From Rhodospirillales bacterium (GTDB taxonomy: Bacteria; Pseudomonadota; Alphaproteobacteria; Bin95): a DNA stretch of 64,000 nt. The notes under the pieces are model-generated. The model ran no database searches. It worked only from the letters and a program-made list of their open reading frames with translations, and was not told where the DNA came from. Below are positions 55,369 through 64,000 of this stretch, in pieces (position 1 is the stretch's first letter; the number at the start of each line of letters is the position of its first letter). The DNA is taken from contig JAYQLI010000033.1 in NCBI GenBank assembly GCA_038143065.1, positions 1 through 64,000 on the forward strand, given 5' to 3'. The position numbers and the translations under genes were made by a program.

Positions 55369-56151
55369 GCCATCTGTCCAACCTTTCGCGGATATCGTCA
55401 GGGTACTGCGCTGCCGCGCCGATGGAGTTGCCGCCATCGACGCTGAGCACCGCGCCGGTGATAAATTCAGCTGCCTCGGGCAGAGGTAGATTATCGCCCC
55501 TGGAGCGTCGCTCGGACCGGAGGCGCGCCCCAGAGGTATGTTGGACATCACCCGGCTAACATGCGCATCAGTCAGCGGGCTGACTTCGGACCCAGGCGGC
55601 CCTGGCTCTACAATATTCACCCGCACACCGAACGGCGCGAATTCCAGCGCCATGCCCTTGGTAATTCGTTCCAGCGCGGTCTTGGAGGCGCAGTAATGCA
55701 CCGTCGGCGCGCGCATGTTTCGCGCGGCCCCTGAGCCGATGTGATGATTGAGCCCTTGATCCCCCGGGCTACCATTAGTCGGGCGAAGCCGCGGGAGACG
55801 AGAAAGGGCGCCCGAAGGTTCACCGCGCAGATCCGGTCCCACTCCTCTACCGGCAGGTCGATTAGCAGCGCGGCTGGATAGACGCCAGCATTGTTCACCA
55901 CGATATCGGCACCGTCCCATCTCGCCTCAACATGATCCACCAGCGCGTCGATGGAGCCGGCTTCTGTCAACTCAGTGACGTGCGAGATATGCCCAACGCC
56001 CGGCAGCTTTGAAAGCGCTGGCGCCAGCGCGTCGGCGCGGTTGTCCGACAAACAGATCCGCGCGCCCGCCTCTGCGAAGGCGCGGGAAATCCATGTTCCG
56101 AACACGCCGCAGGCGCCGGTAACAACCACGTTTTCCATCGAATTGATTCAT
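55358..56151 (-). CDS. Short-chain dehydrogenase/reductase
   Basis: VVTGACGVFG, VNNAG, YCASK, VDGG. Confidence 0.88.
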
Positions 56152-56972
56152 TTTCGCTCACTCCTCAGGTCAAGACGGTCCCGGATCGTATCACCCAGAA
56201 GGTTCACGCAAGGACCAGGATAAACAGGCACACCGGGATAGTGTGGCGATCCACCAGGCTGTGTTCAGATAGTTGCGCCCGACGCTCATCATTGCGCCAA
56301 CTCGCTGTCAGCGCTGGATGCCGAGGCCAGCTCGTCCACGCCTCGAAAAGGATCATAAGGCCAAATTCCAGCGTCGCACCACGGTCAGCGGATTGAGAAT
56401 GTTGGGCAGTATATGCCGGGCATCAGCCAGAACGCACCGGCGCCGTGAAACCAGGCCGCGACGACATACGGCCGCGTCGCCACTCCAGCGTCTGGCCATA
56501 GGGCGACGCGGGTGTAACGCGGCCAACGGGTGAAACCGAGCACGGCGATCAGGCTAAACAGCCCTGGCTCGAGTACGATCACCGCAATAATCGCCAACAA
56601 TAGCGCCGGGATCGACAGCACGACGTCCACCAACCGCATGATCACAGTCTCCATCCAGCCGCGGAAATATCCCGCCATGACTCCAAGCGTCGTGCCGAGG
56701 ACCAGCGAGACGCAGACCGAAATGAAAGCGCGACGACCAGCGGCACGCGCGCCGTGGTTATCCGGCAAGGTATGTCGCGTCCAAGCTCGTCGGTGCCGAG
56801 TAGGTAGATCACCCCCCAGATCTCGACGCCGGGCGACTTTAGCCGGAGCAGACAGGTCCTGCTTGTTGGGATCGAGCGGTGCAACCAGCGGTGCGAACAC
56901 TGCAATCAGCACGAAGGTGAGCAACAGCAACGACGCTACTGTGGCGCCGACGGGCAGGCGCTGGGACCTCAT
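56148..56972 (-). CDS. Peptide ABC permease (DppC-like)
   Basis: LLGTDELGRD, MRLVD, NLLGD..RD.LD. Confidence 0.88.
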
Positions 56973-57888
56973 CGCGCGACCGCCTTGATCCGCGGATCGA
57001 CAATGCCATAGAGGATGTCCGCGAGGAAATTCAGCAGGACATAGGTGCCAGCGCCGAGCAGCACAATGGCCTGCACAACAAGGAAATCATTAGCCTGGAT
57101 TGCCTGCACTGCTAGCAGCCCCAGGCCGGGCAAGCTGAAGACAGTCTCCACGATCACGGCGCCGGCCAGCAGCATGTTCGCCCAGCTCCAGCGCGGTGAT
57201 GGAAATTAGAGGCACCGCTGCGTTACGCGACACATGCCGCAGCACGATGGACAGGCGCGACTGGCCGCGAGCGTATGCGGCTCGCACGTAATCCTTGCTC
57301 ATCTCCTCGACGATGGCGTTGCGAGTGATGCGGGCGAGGTCTCATGGTCAGGCCTGACAAGCAGATCGCCGGAAGCAAGAGCGACACCTTCTGGATCAGC
57401 GCCCGGGGGGCAACCAGTCCAGCGTCACCGCGAACAAGAAGAATCAGAAGGATGCCGGACCAGAATGTCATCTGACTGCGCGCCAGACACCAGCCCCAGC
57501 GCTGGCTTTTCGCTGAGACGACCACGGTTGAGCGCGGCGAAGATACCAATCGGCAGACCCACCAGCAGCGCGATCAGCAGCGCCGCCCGATAGTTCCAGC
57601 GTGAACCACAACCGATGCCACGATATCGGCGACCGGGATGTTCTGGATGTAAGACGTACCTAAGTCCCCCAACGCAAGTCCGGTTATATAGTCAAGAAAC
57701 TGGATGTAGATCGGGCGGTCAGATCCAAACTGTTCGCGCAGTATCGCAATTTCTTCAGCCGTCGCGCCCTCAGGGACCATTAGAGCCACCGGGTCGCCGG
57801 ACAGGTGCTGGATCACGAAGACAAGTGTTGCAACACCGAATAGCGCGAAAGCGGATTGCAGGGAGCGGACGGCGATAAAATACAGCAT
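56969..57888 (-). CDS. Peptide ABC permease (DppB-like)
   Basis: GDPV, DYVRAA.ARG, GAVIVETVFSLPGLG, DPRI. Confidence 0.88.
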
Positions 57889-57951
57889 GGCGGCAGATCA
57901 GTTCCGTCAAGGGGTACGCCCGGCGCTGCGGGTTGCGCCGGGCTATTTGGT

Positions 57952-59441
57952 TCATTCTTTCCAGGTCATGTCCATGACGAAGACTGACTCATTTGCCGTT
58001 GGGGACCATTTCAGCGCGCTGTTGGCTCCGTAGATCGCCGCCGCTTGGTAGAGCGTGGATCGAGGGGCCTCTTCAAAGATAACCCGGTGCGCCTCCCGAT
58101 AAGCGGCCATCCGCTTTGCATCGTCTAGCGTAGACCGGCCCGCTTCCAGATACTTATCAAGCTCCGGATTGGCATATTTCGACCAAACGCTCCCCGAATG
58201 GAACATCGCGTAGAGAACCCCGTCCGCATCTTGGCAAGCGCAGGACCAGCGGCCAAACACCGTGTCGCCAAAGCCCTCCGGATCGGCGCGGCGCCGACCC
58301 AGGAACGTCGACATGTCGCTCATCGAAATCTTCAGCGTCACGCCCACATCAGAGAGCTGTTGCTGAATAGCCTGAATGATTCGCTGATCGAAAGGTGGCG
58401 CGGTGATGATCTCGATCTCCAACCCATCACCAAAACCGGCCTCCGCCAGCAGAGCCCGGGCCTTATCGGGATCGTAGTCATACCACTGCAGCCCTTCGAT
58501 ATAACCGAAATGAGCCGGCGTCAGGAGCTGATTGGCAACCTGGCTGTAGCCGCCGAGCAGTGCATCGATAATCAGCTGCCGGTTGATGGAGTGAGCCACA
58601 GCCTGGCGAACCCGCTTGTCCATCAGAGGGCCGTGCTGGACGTTCATCATGAAATAGCCTATACGCTCGGTCGGCGCGCTGCGGACCTCAACGCTGCCGG
58701 CGCCCTGCAACTGCAGCGCGTCGTCTGGGTTCAGGCCGACGATCAGGTCCGCCTTTCCGGTGCGCAGATCCGCGATCCGCGTCGCCGCGTCGGGCACCGC
58801 CACAAACTCGACCGTTGCGAAGGGAGGTTTACCGCGCCAGTAATTGTCGTTGCGCTCAAGCACGACCTTCACGCCCTTGCGCCATTCGACGAACTTGTAT
58901 GGTCCTGAGCCCATCGGGCTCGGAGTTCAGCTGTTCGTCACCCACCTTTTCGGCATAAGCGGCGGAGACGATTGGCAGCTTCACCAACTGCGCAAGCAGC
59001 ACCGGGTACGGACCGTCGGTTGTCAGCGTAACCGAATGCGGGCCGTTGGCCACGGCATCGATTATCTTTGAGAACTGGCCAAGCTGTGGGCTCTTGAACC
59101 CGGGATTGGTGATCCGCTTCACCGAGTAGACCACATCGTCAGCAGTCAGCACTGATCCGTCATGGAAAGTGATGTCGTCTCGCAGCGTGAATTTCATTTC
59201 AGTGTCGCTTAGAGCCTCCCATGTCACAGCGACCTGCGGTGCGATGGCACCAGAGCGTCACAGGTCACGAGGTTATCGTAAATGTTTGCGGTAGACCGTG
59301 TAACTGTCGGGTTCCATTGGCGATGCGGGTCTAGCGTTGATGGCTCCTGCACATTATCGACGACAATAACATCCTTGGCGAGGATCGGCCGCTGAGCGAT
59401 ATTGCAACCGCCATGGCCAGCAAAATAAGTACTCGTTTCAT
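57952..59441 (-). CDS. Family 5 (peptide/nickel) ABC substrate-binding protein
   Basis: Signal peptide MKRVLILLAMAVAI with AGGAG RBS; FTLRDDITFHDG..TADDV, GSGPYK. Confidence 0.9.
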
Positions 59442-59888
59442 TCTGAGGCTCCTACCATTTTTTCCTTCAGAAAAAAGCGTGTCAGAAAAGCATATATCAA
59501 GTCAAATTATAATATTTTGTCTTTGGAAACGAACTTTATCTTCGCTAACAATTGGCGATAGGCGATACCGTTGACAAAATGTTTCTTGAACTCGGGTTTT
59601 CCGGTTTTGATCATTGACCGCCCCCAAGCCTAAATTGACGAATGGGTTATAGTTGAATATTTAAAGCGCGGCATATTTTGGGTATTCAACTTAATTGTTT
59701 AGCCCCGGTGTCAGAAGTTATCATCGCCAGCTGTAACAACATCAAAAATGGATAATTAAACACAACACCCAAAACCGCGGCCCTCGGTCCGTGAACCTCA
59801 GATATTTGCCCTTGTTACTTGGTTCCATATGCCTCGATGGCAGTCCGATTTCATGGTATAATAATACCCTATATACGGGGTATAATTC

Positions 59889-60027
59889 ATGCTTACAAAA
59901 GGCAACGTTAAAATCGGAATAGAATGGCGTTTTGGGCCTGATTGGCCTGGACAGCGATGTGGGGCAAAGACCCGTCAGGGGACAGCCTGCCGGCGTCCGG
60001 CAAATAAGAAGAATAGGCGTTGCAGAC
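59889..60027 (+). pseudogene. HGGxSTG-domain protein truncated by IS insertion
   Basis: RCGAKTRQGTACRRPA..RCRL stops just before the expected HGG motif. Confidence 0.75.
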
Positions 60028-60594
60028 TGTCTAGCCCCATTTTTCAGTGCCACTTATTTTGTCGTTCTCTAATAAGGTTTCGGGGACGGGTGGTCTCATG
60101 CCCAATGCGTGATGAGGTCTGATCTGGTTATATTATCTGAGCCAGGTATTGATTGCGACCTGAGCTTGTTTTGTGCTGTGGAACCATTCAGCATTAAGCA
60201 TTTCTCGTCTAAGCGTTCCGTTAAAGCGTTCGTTATACCCGTTTTCCCATGGGCTGCCTGGATAGATTAGCAGTGGCTGGATGCCGACCCTTTTTAGCCA
60301 GTCCTGGAAGTGGAGCGCAACGAACTCAGGCCCGTTGTCAGAACGTATGAACTCAGGTTTGCCATGTTTCATCAACACTGGGTGCAATGCGTCGAGAACA
60401 TCGTTCGCAGTCATCTTAGATCTTACCGCTACGCACAGCGCCTCACGGGTGTATTCATCCAGAACCGTCAGCATTTTGTAACTGCGCCCATTGCTGAGCT
60501 TATCGTGAACGAAGTCGATGGCCCAGATATGGCTGGGGTGTGTGGGCCGCAGCCTTATGACAGAGCTGTCCTGATGATAAAGCCGCCGCCGCTT
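60028..60594 (-). mobile_element. IS3-family fragment (OrfB integrase core plus right end)
   Basis: [31 protein letters not shown]; in-frame TAA at 60133; terminus ..GGGGCTAGACA. Confidence 0.85.
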
Positions 60595-60837
60595 CATCCC
60601 TACACGATGGCGCTTATGTCGGCGATCCCGTCACGTGATCTTGACCGCCCAAGCACGCGTATACGGCTGCAAGGCGATGTCGCAAGCCCGATTAATGTGC
60701 CATCGGGCTGTGCCTTCCACAACCGCTGTCCGTTTGCCCAAGCGCGCTGCAGCAAAGAGCGCCCCGAGTTGGAGCAGATCAGAGACGGTCACTACGCCGC
60801 CTGCCATTTTGCCGGGCGAATCGAACGCCCATTATAA
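60586..60837 (+). pseudogene. C-terminal remnant of a second DppF/OppF ATPase
   Basis: [35 protein letters not shown]; no N-terminus. Confidence 0.8.
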
Positions 60838-61215
60838 CGGCAAACAGAGCTGGAGCAACGAACCTCGGAATGACTGGGCTGGGCACAGGCGCAGAGCTTG
60901 GACATCAGACATGCTATAAAACAACAGTGTGATGGCATTGAGGATGCGCTTTATGACATTAGCCATGATGCTTTGAATTAGCACGCAATAACAAACAACA
61001 ACTGACCCTTTAGCCAATCTTTTGAAAACTGCTATTTAAGGGCGACGCCGGGGGTCAGTGTGTTTTGGTATGGGACCCTTTTACCAAAGAAATACCCCAC
61101 CGGTATTAACCAGCAAGGGCAAGTCTTAAGGGAGGAACACCTTTGCGCAGGTGTCATTTGTTTGGCGTTTAGTTCTTTACCTTCTCTATAGGCAAGAGTC
61201 GTGCCATGAAACTAT

Positions 61216-62191
61216 TCAACCGAGTTTAGCGATTATATTGCCTGCCTTTAGGTGCGTGTAACGGAAAAGCATCTTTGCGTCCTTATGACCTGATATCAGG
61301 GCCACCTCGGGAATACTTAAGCCCATTTCAAAGAACCTACTTATGGCCTCATGTCGAAGGTCATGGAACCTTAGGTCACACAAGTCAGCACGTTTCCTGA
61401 GACGTTCCCACGCTAGTCTGAAGGCGTTAGCATTAACTGGAAATGGAGTAGGGGTGTCTTGTCGTGACCTTTGGTCTCTTAGGACATCAACTGCTTTTGA
61501 AGATAAAGGAACTTCTCTACTTGTTCCATTCTTGGTCAATGGTAGATAGGCAAGCTGTTGTTCCAGGCTAATGTTCTCCCAAGTCAGACCAAGGATTTCG
61601 CCCCGTCTCATGCCTGTTTCAATTGCAAAGACAATGATAGGCCATATGTGAGGGTTGAGAGTTAGATAGAGGCTTGCTCCAAACGTTCAAATTCACCTTT
61701 GTTGAGCCTTCGTTGCCTTGGCTTTGAGGTTGGAGGCATCTTGATAAAGTCGACAGGATTGGAAGACAGTGTCAAACCCCACTCGTGAGTGGCTATCTTC
61801 ATGCAGTGTCTAATCAAGGTAAGGTCGTAATGCGTGGTTCTAGCTCCGTCAGGAAGCCTTCGGTCACGAAAGGCCGCGATGGCTGATGATGACAGCTTAT
61901 CAAGGGTGAGGGTGCTTATAGGGTCGTTAATAAGGCGATTGAGGCGCCTTTCTTCGGTGTTTGCACCACGTTTACTCGGGGTAATTTCCTGCAGTAGCGT
62001 GATAGAAGTTCACCAAGCGTAACGCTGTCAGGTCTCAGTAAGCCGTAACTTCTGGCCTCAAGTTTGTTCTCTTGCTCAGCCACCCATTTGACAGCCAAGG
62101 ACTTGGCTTTAAACGATCTTGTAATCGTGCCGATATCCTTGTGTCTAACGATTGCCTGCCATTTGCCGTTTCGCTTCCTGTATGTAGCCAC
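61216..62191 (-). CDS. Tyrosine recombinase/integrase (~325 aa); frameshifted in this assembly
   Basis: GTG start with GGAGG RBS, ATYRKRNGKWQA; TGMRRGE, TKNG, FHDLRHEA, SGH..RY catalytic residues. Confidence 0.9.
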
Positions 62192-62265
62192 TTTTGCCTC
62201 CAAAAGTGACACAGGAGTGACCAAACATCTGGGTGAGGTGTTAACCTATTGAAAACCGGAGATTA

Positions 62266-62330
62266 CAGTTGGTTAGAGCAGCGGAATCATAATCCGCGTG
62301 TCGGGGGTTCAAGTCCCTCCTCCGCTACCA
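62266..62330 (+). repeat. 5'-truncated tRNA-Met copy (att site)
   Basis: Matches tRNA positions 13-77; lacks an intact 5' acceptor strand. Confidence 0.9.
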
Positions 62331-62472
62331 TTTCTTTCAATATTATCAATAATTTACAACGTCTCAAAAATCATTTTGAGGCGATTTTTTCATTACACAC
62401 CTCTTACACACTTTTTGGTTGGCTTCCAGTCGCTCCAGACTATATCGTTTTTATAGTGATTGGATGTGTTAG

Positions 62473-63029
62473 ATGCCTGTTTTGCGTGAAGATTCTGTGT
62501 TGATTATGGATGGAGCTGTAAAGCTCTACAGGCGTGAGAGAAGCCGCAAATGGCAGGCAGCCTTCCAAATAGACGGCCAATACATTCGCATTTCAACTGG
62601 CAAGAGTGATTTGGACGAAGCCAAACAGGCTGCCTCTGACAGCTATTTGGAGTACAAGTTTCGACAAAAGAATGGCGTGCCAGTTGTTTCAAAGCGGTTC
62701 TCAGATGTAGCTAAACTGTGCATCACAGAAATGTACAAGCAGCTGGAAAGTGGCGTTGGTAAGAGGTCTATCGCGATTATGTGATCGTGCTTGAGAAATA
62801 TCTTATTCCGTTCTTTGGCAAGATGCATGTAACAAGCATAACCTACGAAACACTCCAAAAGTTTGCACGCTGGCGCGAACAGCAGATGGGCAGGGAGCCC
62901 AAAGCATCAACGCTGAACACACATAACTCTGCTCTTAACAGAGTGTTTGATGAGAGTGTTGCGCGCGGCTTTATGAACAAAACACAGGTGCCAACACTGA
63001 TCAACAAGGGCGGACTCAGTTTGGGCTAA
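62473..63029 (+). pseudogene. N-terminal half of a second, different tyrosine integrase
   Basis: LYRRERSRKWQA..ISTG..DL.EA arm domain; YLIPFFG..STLN..ALNRVFD core domain; no catalytic domain follows. Confidence 0.7.
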
Positions 63030-63285
63030 AAATGTCAATTTTAAATACACTCAATTCATATATAATTTTAAGGGGAATACAACTCATGCGCGAGCTAATC
63101 CAGACTTGGCCCGCAAGTTTGACGCGTGCACAGATTGACGCAAAAAAAAGTGTCTGCCTTGTTGCCATCAGAGTGTGAGGCAACACTCTTTTGCTAGACA
63201 AAATGGACGAAATTCACGTCAGCACAATTCGCTGGTTATCGGACCAGTGGGTCTCGGACCTGCCATGGTCATATGTCAGAAGAGC

Positions 63286-63390
63286 CAATCAAATTGCAGC
63301 AAGCCAGTATGCATGAGGATGATGAAATGCGTTAGTTGCTTGCTCTTATCAGTGACACCGGGATGCGGCTGACACAGGCCGCAGGGCGCG
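63286..63390 (+). pseudogene. Short catalytic-domain remnant of a third integrase
   Basis: Reads ..EDDEMR*LLALISDTGMRLTQAAG. Confidence 0.55.
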
Positions 63391-63552
63391 GATCTTGCTT
63401 GATGGGTGGACTGATTCAACCCCAACAAATTCAATCCCATCTTTACCCATACATATTTAGTAATAATTAGACAGGTAAGGTTTCGTGGAACGTAAGAATG
63501 ATGTTACGCTTAATTAGTAAAAGTAAGCATTGGAAATGTGCGAAATAGAAAT

Positions 63553-64000
63553 ATGAAGATGGGTTTACAGATTCGTGTAAGAGGACAGGTTCAAGGGGTT
63601 GGTTTCCGACCCTTTGTATGGCGTGAGGCGCGTTCACTTGGCCTTGTGGGTGACGTCAAAAATGATAAGGAAGGTGTGCTTATCCACGTATCTGGCAATG
63701 CAATGCATGATCTGCCTGATGCGATCCGCACTTCTGCACCGCCATTGTGCGAGATCCATGGCATTGAGGTCACCGAGATGGTATGCGCGCCATCAGACCA
63801 GTTTAGGATACTGGTGTCTGGCGATGAAGGGGCGGAAACATCCTGTCCGCCGGATGCCCCATTTGCTCGGCCTGCATTGATGAGGTAAGTCAGGCGGGAC
63901 GAAGGGCAGATTACGCTTTACTAACTGCACCAATTGCGGGCCGCGCTTTACGATTGTCGAACGTCTTCCCTATGATCGGCACAGGACGACGATGCGTAAT
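63553..64000 (+). CDS. hypF: Carbamoyltransferase HypF (runs off the window)
   Basis: [17 protein letters not shown] acylphosphatase domain; [20 protein letters not shown]. Confidence 0.9.

Larger units (their letters stand above)
50237..62330. mobile_element. tRNA-Met-integrated genomic island (~12 kb)
   Basis: 65-bp direct repeat (50237-50301 and 62266-62330, one mismatch); tyrosine integrase adjacent to the right repeat. Confidence 0.85.

Noticed and set aside
51187-59071. Many long overlapping ORFs in the GC-rich cargo (e.g. 53658-54452, 58198-58908)
   Set aside because: They are shadow ORFs antisense or out of frame to recognisable genes, expected at high GC.
62254-62330. Second functional tRNA-Met
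   Set aside because: The 5' end (ACCGGAGATTAC) does not restore the acceptor and D stems; treated as an att remnant.
62249-62503. 84-aa ORF over the att repeat
   Set aside because: It is a translation of tRNA-derived sequence with no coding support.
1-64000. Widespread frameshifts read as pseudogenes or programmed frameshifting
   Set aside because: They hit essential genes (fliM, flhB, motA, rpoN), often at homopolymers, which is typical long-read error. Only truncated fragments or in-frame stops were called pseudogenes.

Overview
Bacterial chromosomal DNA, probably from a marine alphaproteobacterium (SAR116/Puniceispirillaceae is an impression only). It looks like an unpolished long-read assembly: most genes carry homopolymer frameshifts and about 9.5-11.7 kb is badly garbled, so frameshifts alone are not treated as pseudogenes. 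Five blocks are visible. (1) 1-11.3 kb: AT-rich flagellin-glycosylation island with a TPR/GT41-like glycosyltransferase, a dTDP-3-amino-3,6-dideoxyhexose pathway with tailoring enzymes, and an IS3 scar. (2) 11.5-14.3 kb: a ~960-aa giant flagellin whose variable region holds five outgoing half-repeats followed by five returning half-repeats, inserted inside a split jelly-roll domain. (3) 15-43 kb: a gamma-type, Rhodobacter sphaeroides Fla1-like flagellar cluster (fliS, fleQ, fleT-fliE-J, fliK-N, fliO-flhB, motF-like, motAB, rpoN). About ten readable sigma-54 promoters extend this regulon to uncharacterised genes and to an M23 peptidase beside a bactofilin array. (4) 43-50 kb: housekeeping and transport genes. 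(5) 50.2-64 kb: a tRNA-Met integration hotspot with tandem att repeats, tyrosine-integrase genes and remnants, a GC-rich peptide-ABC/deacetylase/GGT cargo operon, IS3 debris and the start of hypF.
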